In this document: positions 29,500-39,151 of the stretch, in pieces
How the letters are laid out: each line of letters starts with the position of its first letter
Numbering within the stretch: position 1 is the stretch's first letter
Origin: Candidatus Latescibacterota bacterium
GTDB lineage: Bacteria > Latescibacterota > UBA2968 > GCA-2709665
NCBI GenBank assembly: GCA_965203805.1
Contig: OZ241917.1
Coordinates: 2,656,001 to 2,720,000 of the forward strand
Length of the DNA: 64,000 nt
Direction of reading: 5' to 3'
Translations under genes and position numbers: made by a program
The notes under the pieces: generated by a model
Told to the model about the DNA's origin: nothing
Seen by the model: only the letters and a program-made list of their open reading frames with translations
Database searches by the model: none

Positions 29500-31536
29500 A
29501 TGGTTCGACTCGCGATTACGATTGGGCTCCTGGCGTTGAGCGTTCCCGCCGTTGAGGCCGGACGATCGGATCCGGCGAGGGTGGACTCGCTGCTGGCCGC
29601 GGCGGCGGATACGCTGCTCGAACAGGACCGCCGCGAAGCCCTGATGAAGCGTGCCTTGAGGTATGACCGGTCCGGCAGGACGATGCACGCCCTGGCGCGG
29701 TTTTACATGGCGCAGGGCACGCCGGTTTCCCGCCAGACCGCGGACACGTGGCTGCTGCGCGCGATGATCCGGGAGCGGCAGAATCCGGACTATCTGGCAA
29801 CCTCGGCGGAATTGTATTGGCGGAGGTTGCAGCGTCCGAACTCGTACCGGAAAGCCCTCGAGGCGCTGGAACGAGACCCGGACCACGTGGAGGCGTTATT
29901 CTGGGCGGGGCGATTCGCGGTCTGGTCCTGGGAGTATACTTACTTTACGGAGATGCCCGATGACGATGCCAAAACGACGATCGGGAGATTCTCACTACGT
30001 ACCGAAAAGACGCTGACGTACGTCGAATATCCGGACCTGGGCATCGACACTGGGATCGGGTACCTTTCACGCGCCATCCGCCTTGATCCCGTCCACTGGC
30101 CGTCGCATCAGTACCTCGGGCTGTCGTACTATGCGGCCGAGATGCCCGGACCCCTGATCGAGCTCTTCGAGGCCTATCGACAGCGGCGTCCGGGAAATTG
30201 GAATGCCCACTTCTTCGCGGGCCTCGGCTATCAGATGAAGGGCGACCTGGAAACGGCGTACCGGGCCTACGCGGACGGGCTGAGTCGGATGACCGATACT
30301 GCCCGCAGCTTCATGCAATCGATATTCCTGATCCGGGACCCTGCAGACGAAAGTGGTGAACCCCCGCCGAGCGACGAAGCAATCCGCAAGTTCTGGTTCG
30401 GAAAGGACCCGCTGTATCTTACCTCGGTCAACGAACGCCTGCTGGAACAGTGCCGGCGCGTGGCGTACGCGAACCTGCGGTTCTCCGATCCCACACTTGG
30501 GCGGGAGGGCTGGCAGACCGACAGGGGACAGATTTATGTCCGATACGGAGACCCGCGCGTCCGGTTCATGAAGGATCCCGCGAGGGGACGAAAGGAAATA
30601 TGGGACTACGGTCCGTTTACGGTGGTTTTCGGCAATACGCTGACCTGGGACTCCTGGCGGTTCGGATGGGCCTCCCGGGGAAACAAACGCCTGACACTCG
30701 AACAACTGGTGGAGGCGGTACCCGACCTCTATGAGCATCCGTTGCAGTATGACGCCCCGTACCAGACTGCCCAGTTCCGGCACGACGACGGCAATACGCG
30801 CATCGAATTGTATTACGCGCTGTCGGAAGAAAACCTGCGGCGCGAAGGAACCGGAGGCCGCGGGACCGCCGCGGTGGACGTCAGACAGGCGCTATTCTTG
30901 TTCGACTCGGCGTGGGACACCGTCCGCCACATCGTCCAGGGTGTAGGGCGGATGCCACGGGTCGAGTATGAATCCACGGAAGAGGCCTTCCTGCTGGCAG
31001 CGGAACGCATGATCCTCGATCCGGGGATGTATTTTCTGGCGGGCGAAGTCGAAGACCGGGCGACGAATCGCGTGGGCACGATTCGGGAGCACCTGCGGGT
31101 AAGGGCTTTCGGGCGGGACACGCTGGAGATCAGCGGCCTTCTGATGGCGCGGCGCATCCGGATGCGTGAGAACGCGCCCTACGGCCGGGGGCAATTTGCG
31201 GTCCTGCCGAATCCGCTTCAGGTGTGCCGCGCGGAGGGGCAGGCCTGGTTCTATTTCGAGATCTACAATCTTTCGCGCGACGAATACGGCGGCACGCACT
31301 ACCGCATCAGCTACCAGATGCAGTCACTGCCGGAGGGCGGGGGCGACGGTTCACCGGCCGATTGGACGACGGCCGTCACGTATTCGTACAGGGGCGTCCG
31401 GGATTGGGAACCGCGCGACCTGCGCGTGGATATGGACGGCGCATCACCGGGGCCAAGGGCGTTTCGGGTTGTGGTGGAGGACCTGCACACCGGTCGAAAA
31501 GCGCTGGCGGAAGCGCGTTTCAGAGTCCGATGGTGA
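29500..31536 (+). CDS. GWxTD domain-containing protein with TPR repeats
   Basis: Signal peptide; TPR-like helices; FW...DP....NE.L.E..RRV.YAN..F; GWQTDRGQIYVRYGDP. Confidence 0.88.
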   Translation: MVRLAITIGLLALSVPAVEAGRSDPARVDSLLAAAADTLLEQDRREALMKRALRYDRSGRTMHALARFYMAQGTPVSRQTADTWLLRAMIRERQNPDYLATSAELYWRRLQRPNSYRKALEALERDPDHVEALFWAGRFAVWSWEYTYFTEMPDDDAKTTIGRFSLRTEKTLTYVEYPDLGIDTGIGYLSRAIRLDPVHWPSHQYLGLSYYAAEMPGPLIELFEAYRQRRPGNWNAHFFAGLGYQMKGDLETAYRAYADGLSRMTDTARSFMQSIFLIRDPADESGEPPPSDEAIRKFWFGKDPLYLTSVNERLLEQCRRVAYANLRFSDPTLGREGWQTDRGQIYVRYGDPRVRFMKDPARGRKEIWDYGPFTVVFGNTLTWDSWRFGWASRGNKRLTLEQLVEAVPDLYEHPLQYDAPYQTAQFRHDDGNTRIELYYALSEENLRREGTGGRGTAAVDVRQALFLFDSAWDTVRHIVQGVGRMPRVEYESTEEAFLLAAERMILDPGMYFLAGEVEDRATNRVGTIREHLRVRAFGRDTLEISGLLMARRIRMRENAPYGRGQFAVLPNPLQVCRAEGQAWFYFEIYNLSRDEYGGTHYRISYQMQSLPEGGGDGSPADWTTAVTYSYRGVRDWEPRDLRVDMDGASPGPRAFRVVVEDLHTGRKALAEARFRVRW

Positions 31537-31582
31537 TTCGGATGACCCGATACGACGGACTTGCGTGAAAGTCCCCGAGTAA

Positions 31583-31618
31583 CAGAAGAGGCCGGAGGTT
31601 TCTCCCCGGCCTCTTCTG
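31583..31618. terminator. Bidirectional terminator
   Basis: CAGAAGAGGCCGG...CCGGCCTCTTCTG between convergent genes. Confidence 0.8.
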
Positions 31619-31661
31619 CTTTCAACGACTGTCAGATTAAGGAGTTCGACGGCAGGTACGG

Positions 31662-34064
31662 TTACACCAGCGCGACGATCGCCCCCTGCGACACCAGGGT
31701 CTCCTCGCCGTTGTGCGCCAACCGCGCCGGGGCGGCGCCGGTGTTTCTCGCCCAGACCTCCCCGGTTTCCGCGGCGTTGATCTCAAACGAACCGGTCGTT
31801 TCAATCTCCAGGATAGCCTTCTGAAGCCGGGCTTCGCCCGCGCCGAGGTCTCGCGAATAGGCGACACCATCTTCCTCCACGCGGGTAACACCGCCGAATA
31901 TGGGAATCTCGCTGAGTTCGGAGCGCGACGCTGTAAAGGCGATCGAACCGGCGCTTTCGCCGAAGTTCGCCACGGCCAGATGACCGTCGGCCAGTAGACC
32001 CGCCGCGGACCGCCCTGTCTTCATGACGACAAGGTCGAGACCTGCCGTTTTTCGAGGCGTGCGGTCCGGCGCGATGAGCGCGGTGAGTTCCGAAATGGTT
32101 TTGCCGGCAGTCACCTGGAACGGTTCGTCCACCAGGCTGAGGGTGAGGTCGTCCGCCACCGCGCGCCAGACCTTGTAAAAGTGCCGGTTGTGGTACACGG
32201 TCTTCCCGGTACCCGCATAGACGATGCCCAGCCGACTGTCGACGTTGAGCCACGCCGGGTGTTCGTAGGTTTTGATGACATCGCTTTCCGGTTCGGCGGT
32301 GACGTAGCTCTCGAAGCGATCGGAACCCTCCGGCGTGTGAACGGTACGGGTTCCGTTGCAGTTGCCTTTCAAGGCCTTGAAGTTTTCGTTGACGATGCGC
32401 AGGAAGCCCTGGTCTACGCTCTGAACGGCGATCTTCTCTCTCGCCGTGAGCCGTTCGCAGGAAAGCGAAATTCCGGAAGGCAGCCCCGCGAAGAGCACTT
32501 CCTGGCGAACCGATTGCTGGGCGCGGTCCAGAACCATGGCGGCGGCGAAGCCTTCCGGGTGTTCGTCCACGCGAACCGAGACCAGGTCGTGGCTGTCGGG
32601 CCTGTCCTGAACGTCAATATTGGCCAGATACGAATTGGATGCCGGGGCGACCGTATAGATGCCGTCCCTGTTCAACGGAAGCGCCATGATGTCGTTGCGC
32701 CACGACAGCGATGTCTGGCCCGCGCGGTGTCTCTGGAAGACGAAACCGGAGTGGGGATAGACCTTGACGCCCCTCAGCTTGCGCTCGACCGCCGCCCCGG
32801 ACGTCGGTTCGGGGCCGTCGCCGAAGATCCTGTGGAGGAAATAGGTGTGGGCGGGATTGACGACGTTGTGTTCCCGGATGATCAGCGGGTCCTGGGGTCC
32901 GTGCACGGTCTCGGCAATCTGCCGGTCGTGCATTCGTCCGCCGGTGCTTTCGGCGCGCTGTTCCAGGGTTTCGAGTGCCCGGCGCTCAAAATAGGCCCCG
33001 TCCGGATCGTCTAGCAGCAGTGCCGCCGTCGCATGCGTCAGCGTTCCGGAATCGGGCGGGATATACGGCCAGTCCATGCCCTGCACGGGATGCATCGAAC
33101 CGGTCCGGTCCGTCGTACGTTTGAGCTGGTCGTAGATTTCCCTCCGGTTGAACAGGGCGTGTTCCGGAAGACTCGCTCCGAACGTTCCGTAGATGATGCC
33201 GAGCCGCCCGGTGAACATCACCGAACTGCCGGTGTAGCTGGGATGCACCATGCCGTGGTTCTCTGCCATGTAGTCCGGCAGTGCGACGAACGTCTGTCCG
33301 GTCAGTTCCCTGACCGTCTTCCCGTCTGAGAAGGGCGCAAGATTCTTCGTGTCCTGCTGGGTTGTGGTTGTCGAAAACATCCACCGGCGGGCCGTTTCGG
33401 CCCAGGACTTGACGTTGGGTGAGTTGCTCAGGAAACATTCAACCGAGGCCAGGCCGCAGGACGTCCAGCCGTTTTCTTCCATCTGGGTATTGGTGTAAAC
33501 GCCGCTCTTCGGGTCCATGGCGCCGAACCGCTCGGCATAGTCTTCGTGCATGCGCGCGATCATGCCCCAGGTCTCGTCGTCCACCATATCGCCCAGCATC
33601 AGGGCGGTCAGGGCGATGTCGGCAACATTTGTGCCGCACTGGCTCTCGGGGAAGAAGCCCCGCCCGCGTTCACCCCACTTCGTGCCCCAGGTCCGGGGAT
33701 TGCCAAGGCTCTTTTGAGGTCGGATACACTCGGCCGGACCCGTGTCGTGGGTAAAGCAGAGGTAGCGGATCCCCTTCAGCGCGAGTTCCCTCAGTTCTTC
33801 TTTCGAGCATCCGGTCCGCTTCGAATCGTATTCGGGCGAGTTCGCAAGCGCGGCAAACACGAAGATCGGCGAGGCCGTGTCGCTGCCGTACCAGTGGGCC
33901 CCGCCGAAGAAATGCCCGCAGTTGGGCCGCTCCGGCCAGTCTTCGAAATAGCTTAGGCCTATCGGCACCCAGTTCTCCAGGATGCGTTTATATCTCCGGC
34001 TGAGCGGGGTTTCCCTGGCCGGCACGGACGTCCGCTTTCGGTTCGTCAGAATCTCGGGGCGCAT
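31662..34064 (-). CDS. Hypothetical 800-aa protein (helical N-half + beta-rich C-half; possibly lyase-like)
   Basis: Long ORF with AGGAG RBS and host-like codon usage; no confident family; no signal peptide. Confidence 0.7.
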   Translation of the reverse strand: MRPEILTNRKRTSVPARETPLSRRYKRILENWVPIGLSYFEDWPERPNCGHFFGGAHWYGSDTASPIFVFAALANSPEYDSKRTGCSKEELRELALKGIRYLCFTHDTGPAECIRPQKSLGNPRTWGTKWGERGRGFFPESQCGTNVADIALTALMLGDMVDDETWGMIARMHEDYAERFGAMDPKSGVYTNTQMEENGWTSCGLASVECFLSNSPNVKSWAETARRWMFSTTTTQQDTKNLAPFSDGKTVRELTGQTFVALPDYMAENHGMVHPSYTGSSVMFTGRLGIIYGTFGASLPEHALFNRREIYDQLKRTTDRTGSMHPVQGMDWPYIPPDSGTLTHATAALLLDDPDGAYFERRALETLEQRAESTGGRMHDRQIAETVHGPQDPLIIREHNVVNPAHTYFLHRIFGDGPEPTSGAAVERKLRGVKVYPHSGFVFQRHRAGQTSLSWRNDIMALPLNRDGIYTVAPASNSYLANIDVQDRPDSHDLVSVRVDEHPEGFAAAMVLDRAQQSVRQEVLFAGLPSGISLSCERLTAREKIAVQSVDQGFLRIVNENFKALKGNCNGTRTVHTPEGSDRFESYVTAEPESDVIKTYEHPAWLNVDSRLGIVYAGTGKTVYHNRHFYKVWRAVADDLTLSLVDEPFQVTAGKTISELTALIAPDRTPRKTAGLDLVVMKTGRSAAGLLADGHLAVANFGESAGSIAFTASRSELSEIPIFGGVTRVEEDGVAYSRDLGAGEARLQKAILEIETTGSFEINAAETGEVWARNTGAAPARLAHNGEETLVSQGAIVALV

Positions 34065-34115
34065 AGGTGGCTCCTTTTTGGGTTTTGGGACCGAATCGAG
34101 GGAACAGTGTCAGTG

Positions 34116-34132
34116 AGGAATCGAATTTCCGG
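34116..34132 (+). repeat. Left arm of inverted repeat flanking the 4-gene module
   Basis: AGGAATCGAATTTCCGG; 16/17 match to the reverse complement of 40573-40589. Confidence 0.5.
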
Positions 34133-34167
34133 CAATGAACCATCCTACGGGTAATTTCCGTCTTCAC

Positions 34168-34587
34168 TCAGGGTTCGCGGTTTCGTCCGAAGATCTTGTC
34201 GATGATTGACCGACGCGAAAGCCGTTCCACTGCGATTCGGGTACCGCGGATTTCGGCCGAGAGTTCGTCTACAACCCCCAGCTTTTCAGTTATAACGTTG
34301 AGCTGCTGCTCGACCTTGATGAGCTTATTGCCGATCAATGCCGGGTCGGTAGCCTGCAATAGCTCAACTGCCCTCCGGAATTCAGCGAGGACGCTGTTCA
34401 GCGAGTCCACTGCGGCTCGCGCGACAGACGCGAGGTCTGAGACGTTCGCGTTGGCTTCGACGAGCCCTCTTCCGGCATTTGCGAGTGACTGTTGAAGCAC
34501 ATCGAATTGCTCAAGACGCCGGACCACTTCCGCGGCACGTCGCTCCGTTTCGTCGAGCCGTCCCTGTAGTTCTTCCATTATATCCAT
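34168..34587 (-). CDS. Small coiled-coil protein
   Basis: Heptad-rich helical 139 aa; ATG abuts the helicase stop codon (TAA-ATG). Confidence 0.7.
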   Translation of the reverse strand: MDIMEELQGRLDETERRAAEVVRRLEQFDVLQQSLANAGRGLVEANANVSDLASVARAAVDSLNSVLAEFRRAVELLQATDPALIGNKLIKVEQQLNVITEKLGVVDELSAEIRGTRIAVERLSRRSIIDKIFGRNREP

Positions 34588-37500
34588 TTACGCTCCCAAT
34601 ACTTTCGCCACCCCGTGCGATTCAAACTCTCGGAAGACGCGATCGGACACCTCGTTCAATTCATCGAAGACGTTTTGGATTCTTCGTGTGGCAATAACGG
34701 CGTGGACACGCGGATCATCCAGTTCAACAGCCCGCTGAATCGCTCTTTTTTCAACGTAGGTAAAGTCAGGTTCCATATCGGCCAGATCGAGCAGCGCGAT
34801 GGTGAGCGACGGACCGAGATCACCCGCGCGGGCCGACGCCAGGTCGTACATCTCTTCGATAGTCGTCTGGATGTCCGTATGCGAGATTCCGTATTTCTCG
34901 ACGCCGGACCGGATGGCGGCGCCGATTCCCCTAGAGCTCACGTTCTCATCGTGGTCCGAGCACATGGACTCGGAAAGTGCGCGGGCGATCAGAAGCCCCG
35001 GATGGTCCGGATAGGATTCCAGCGCGCGAATGCACAGACCGCGGAGCTCTCCCGCGTCCATCACAGACTGCACTTTGAAAACAAGATCCCACCACGGTGC
35101 TAACTCGACGTCCTCATTCTGTAGGAGTCCTTCGATGTGCTCAGCGCCAAAGCCTTCCTGGAGGTAGTCGAGTACCCGCGTGCGAATCTCCGCGTCGTCT
35201 TGCGCCTGGCGGGCTAGCAGCACCGCTTCCCGGATCATGCCCCGCCGGGAACGTTCGACCAAGTCGTACATAAACTCGATCAGTATCGTGGCAAGTGCAA
35301 GCGCCGCTTCCTGCGCGTGGCCGGTAACGACTTCATTCACTCGTCGAACGAGGGACTTGCTCCTTCCCGGTTGCGCCGAGAGGACGAACTCAAGCAGTCT
35401 GTCCTTACATCGCTCGAAATCGAACGCGTCCACGTGAAGCACAAACCTGCGGGATCCGAACTCGACTTCATAGTCGTCAATCACACCAATCCTGAGTAGC
35501 CGATAGACGGCTTTTTCCTTTCTGATACGGCTTTCGCCGTTTTCAAAGGGTCGCTCGATGCGTTGCCTGGAAGAGAGATCGCCCAGTGCATTCAACAGAT
35601 CCACGACATCTTCGATTTCCCGTGCCGCACCGCTGAACGCCTGCAGGTGAAACCATAATGCCCGGGTGAGGTCATCCGCTGTCTGGAGGTTTCCTTCAAT
35701 CTCATTGAACTTGCCGCGAAGTTCCTCGAGATCGAGATCGGGATCGATCAATTCTGTGGAACGACCCGGGTCGTATTCTGAAAACACGACGGTTGAACGC
35801 GCGAGTTTTCGGTCTCGTCCCGCGCGGCCGGCCTCCTGATAGAAGCTCTCAAGCGACATAGGCATTCCGAAATGCACGGTATACCTGATATTCGGTTTGT
35901 CGATCCCCATCCCGAACGCTTTGGTCGCGACAAGCACGGGCACGCGGTTGGTCATAAAATCGGCAGCGTTTTCACGTTTCCGCTGGTCCCAATTGTCGGC
36001 AACCACGGACGAGGGAGGGCCGCCAGAATATATAGTTACTTCAGCTCCCGTCGCTTGTTGCACGACATTCCGCACGTCCTGCACCCCGTAAGTGCGGGCC
36101 TTTACGGTGGGCACGAAGACGATACCGGAAGCTGTGTCGGCACCGGACGAGCGATAGAACTCCGCACGAGGCAACCCGAATCGTCCAGGCATCGCGTTCA
36201 GCACGCCGCGCAGTGCCGCCGAAGGGTCTTCGACCGGCGAAGTACGCACGATTTCAAAGCGTATTTCGGAACGGTCAAAGGAATCCGGTCGAATCAATGC
36301 GTCCGAGCGATTCCTGTCGATTCCCAGAGCGGCGAGCATGTCACGGAGGACGGCACGGGAGGCGGTTCCCGTGAGTGCCAGGAGCGGCGGCGGGCTGGAT
36401 TCGCTGTCTGCCCCGAGCTTTCTCAGGTTGTTCGCGAGGTTCAGATACGCGGGCCGAAAGTCGTGCCCCCACTCGGATACGCAGTGCGCTTCGTCGATGA
36501 CGGCCAGGTTGACAAACGTACACGCAACCAGGGCACGGAGCGCCGTCCGGAACTGGGGCGACTGCAGACGTTCGGGCGCATGAAGTACGAACAGGTATTC
36601 GCCTCGTTCGACCCGGCGCAGCAGACGTTCACGCTCTTCCCGGTCGGCAAGGTAGCTGGTAATTGATGCCACCCTATCGATTCCGTAGGACCTCAGACCC
36701 TCCACCTGGTCTTCGATCAATGCAGTTATCGGATCTACCACCAGAGTGACGCCGGGCATCAGCAGACCCGCAAGTTGGTAGACGATACTCTTTCCTCCGC
36801 CGGTCTGAAGCAACACGACGCTGTCGTTCTGTCGCAGTGCGTTGAAGATGGCCTGCCCCTGCATCGGGCGGAATTCTCGTTTCCGAAATAGGTTCTGGAG
36901 ATAAAACCGGAGCGGCCCTTGAGCGTCTTCGAAGGTCGACACCTCCGCGGCTCTTCTTCGCAAGTCGAATGACTGCTCGGTCGCGATCAATGCCGGGACA
37001 TACACTGAGCGAATGACGAAATCCTGTCCTTCGCGTGAAATAGCATGGTATGGGCTGGTTCCTGTTTCGACCGCGATGCGCAACGGTTCTCCGGCCGTTT
37101 CGGAATCCGCGGCTTTTATCCACCTTACCCCGCCTTCGCGCATCCAGGTCGTCGCGAACCCGTCGTCCGCTCGCACGGAACATCGTTCCGGGACCGAACT
37201 GCCGCCATACAGGATGTCGATGCCTGCAAGGAACCGAAGCACATCCAGCGCGCCGGCCGCGGCGGGCGCTCCGGCCCCACGGATGTCAATGGCCCATGTT
37301 CCGCCGGGCGTCAGCCATCCGTACTCTAGGGCCCTGGCGACTGCAAATTGCACCCTGGCCGCATTAGCGCAATTGAGAGCGAACGACGAGACATCCTCCT
37401 CGTGGCCATTGGCACGGGCGAATGCTGTCAGAGAACGTTGGCATCGATCGCGAATCTCGTCGAGCGTGGTTCCGCGGCCATTGAGCACTTCCGCGTTTGT

Positions 37501-38448
37501 GATACGTAGAACGTCGATCCCTGCTGATCGCAGTGCTTCATCGCGCGCCTCGTCCACCTCGACCGCACTAGCGTGTTCCGGACCGTCGATCTCTACGGCG
37601 AAAGGGGTTCCACCGGGGTGGCTGAAAAGAAAGTCGACGCGGCGGGCGCCGTTCCCATATCCGCCCGAGGACTCAACCAGTCGGTCGAGCGGCGCCTGAG
37701 GGGTGAACCAGTGACCGGCGCAGGTCCCGAGCGCCGCAGGCACCCACTGATTGAGAAACCAGCTTTCCGCCTGGCTCTGCAGCAGCGACTCTTCCGAATC
37801 GGGATCGAAGTCGAAAGCGGAGTCGAGGACGAACGGGGTCTTTTCCGTTACCCTCGCAAGAATGGTTTCAGCCGTGAAACGCAGCGGCGCGTCCGCCCGC
37901 GGCTCCCAACCAACTTCCGCATTGTCCTGGCCTGATGCGTTTACCCGATCGAACAAGCCGTGGGTGCGAAGTGCTTCGCGTTCGACCTCCAGAGTTGGCA
38001 TGGGCGTCTGCCCGCGGCGCAGAAACTTGACCAGGAGCGAGGTCGCGAAACGGACGTGTTCGACCGGTTCTCCGCGCCCTAGGCTTCTTCGCGAGAGGAC
38101 GACACACTGACTCAGTGCCCGTGTCAAACGCTCGTCTTGACCTAGCCGGACATTAAGGACTCCCGGCTTCGCTCCAACGGAGACGTATTCCGGGATGAAA
38201 TCGTTGCGGCGTACGCCTTCAATCCATTCAACCGGAAGCAATTCCCCATGAGTCGAACGGGGCCTTTCGGAAGGCTGCTTCGGCCTGCGGTCTTCACCGC
38301 GCCGCCGTGTCCCCCGGCACCTGGGAAACTTCGTGCAACCCCAGAACTGCTCTCCGGGGTTGGGCCCGCGCTTCGCCGTACGAAGCGCCATGGCAGAACC
38401 GCATGTTGGACATCTTGGAGTAATGGACTCGCCAGTTGATCTGTTCAT
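34588..38448 (-). CDS. RecQ-family helicase fused to a topoisomerase-type Zn ribbon and a Vsr/DUF559-like nuclease
   Basis: CPTCGS..FWGCTKFPRC; RVDF...AVEIDGPEH...DEARD..L...G..VLRI; QTGGGKS; DEAHCVSEWGHDFRP; ALTGTA; ATKAFGMGIDKPNIR; YQEAGRAGRD. Start set at MNRST to avoid overlap. Confidence 0.88.
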   Translation of the reverse strand: MNRSTGESITPRCPTCGSAMALRTAKRGPNPGEQFWGCTKFPRCRGTRRRGEDRRPKQPSERPRSTHGELLPVEWIEGVRRNDFIPEYVSVGAKPGVLNVRLGQDERLTRALSQCVVLSRRSLGRGEPVEHVRFATSLLVKFLRRGQTPMPTLEVEREALRTHGLFDRVNASGQDNAEVGWEPRADAPLRFTAETILARVTEKTPFVLDSAFDFDPDSEESLLQSQAESWFLNQWVPAALGTCAGHWFTPQAPLDRLVESSGGYGNGARRVDFLFSHPGGTPFAVEIDGPEHASAVEVDEARDEALRSAGIDVLRITNAEVLNGRGTTLDEIRDRCQRSLTAFARANGHEEDVSSFALNCANAARVQFAVARALEYGWLTPGGTWAIDIRGAGAPAAAGALDVLRFLAGIDILYGGSSVPERCSVRADDGFATTWMREGGVRWIKAADSETAGEPLRIAVETGTSPYHAISREGQDFVIRSVYVPALIATEQSFDLRRRAAEVSTFEDAQGPLRFYLQNLFRKREFRPMQGQAIFNALRQNDSVVLLQTGGGKSIVYQLAGLLMPGVTLVVDPITALIEDQVEGLRSYGIDRVASITSYLADREERERLLRRVERGEYLFVLHAPERLQSPQFRTALRALVACTFVNLAVIDEAHCVSEWGHDFRPAYLNLANNLRKLGADSESSPPPLLALTGTASRAVLRDMLAALGIDRNRSDALIRPDSFDRSEIRFEIVRTSPVEDPSAALRGVLNAMPGRFGLPRAEFYRSSGADTASGIVFVPTVKARTYGVQDVRNVVQQATGAEVTIYSGGPPSSVVADNWDQRKRENAADFMTNRVPVLVATKAFGMGIDKPNIRYTVHFGMPMSLESFYQEAGRAGRDRKLARSTVVFSEYDPGRSTELIDPDLDLEELRGKFNEIEGNLQTADDLTRALWFHLQAFSGAAREIEDVVDLLNALGDLSSRQRIERPFENGESRIRKEKAVYRLLRIGVIDDYEVEFGSRRFVLHVDAFDFERCKDRLLEFVLSAQPGRSKSLVRRVNEVVTGHAQEAALALATILIEFMYDLVERSRRGMIREAVLLARQAQDDAEIRTRVLDYLQEGFGAEHIEGLLQNEDVELAPWWDLVFKVQSVMDAGELRGLCIRALESYPDHPGLLIARALSESMCSDHDENVSSRGIGAAIRSGVEKYGISHTDIQTTIEEMYDLASARAGDLGPSLTIALLDLADMEPDFTYVEKRAIQRAVELDDPRVHAVIATRRIQNVFDELNEVSDRVFREFESHGVAKVLGA

Positions 38449-38482
38449 TTCAGTAGTTGTGCTGAGCAATTCGGAACGGTCG

Positions 38483-39151
38483 TCAATACGCGGGCACGCC
38501 CGTCTTTTTGCCAATCCAATCAATCATAGCTCTGAACGTCGGACATTGCTCCGCTACGTCCAGCAATTCTGCGTCACGTAAAATGGCAACACTGTCCACA
38601 ATCTGTCTATAGGACTTCCTAGGACGATGTCTTCGGAAGAGTGCCTGCACGATTACCTTCGGCGGCTGGTCTTGATTCTGCTCTTCGGGAGGAAACCGCC
38701 AGTTGCGAGACAGATTTGGTAATTTGAGACGGTCCTTCAGCTGATTTGGCGCAGAAAGGAGCAGCACTTCCATGTCGTGTTTCATGGCGTTTGCGTGGAA
38801 CCTAGCGATATGACTCTCAACATCTCTACGACTCATACCTGTCTTTTCCAATTCACGCCGTATAAGCCGGTTTTGCACAACCTGCAATTCCTTCAGGTTC
38901 TGGTGTTTGTAATTGTCGGAAATGCCTCGGTTCGGATATAGATCTGGCAGGCCAACAACAAGATCGAAAGGGTCGTTTACGAGTTTTTCCAGCGCTCGCG
39001 ACCCAATTTTTCTGAGGAATTTGGGCTTGTTGTCGAGTTGTATTAGTTGAATGCCCCTGCCTTTTACTCGAAGCTTCTGCCTCCACCCGCCCCACAGCGC
39101 GGCCAAGGCCCGTACGTCAGACCTCCCTTCCACATAAACCCACACCTTCAT
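38483..39151 (-). CDS. DUF4276-family (TOPRIM-like) protein
   Basis: VYVEGRSD; PDLYP; HDMEVLLL; PEEQN...PP; CPTFRAMI; ATGA overlap with the ATPase. Confidence 0.75.
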   Translation of the reverse strand: MKVWVYVEGRSDVRALAALWGGWRQKLRVKGRGIQLIQLDNKPKFLRKIGSRALEKLVNDPFDLVVGLPDLYPNRGISDNYKHQNLKELQVVQNRLIRRELEKTGMSRRDVESHIARFHANAMKHDMEVLLLSAPNQLKDRLKLPNLSRNWRFPPEEQNQDQPPKVIVQALFRRHRPRKSYRQIVDSVAILRDAELLDVAEQCPTFRAMIDWIGKKTGVPAY

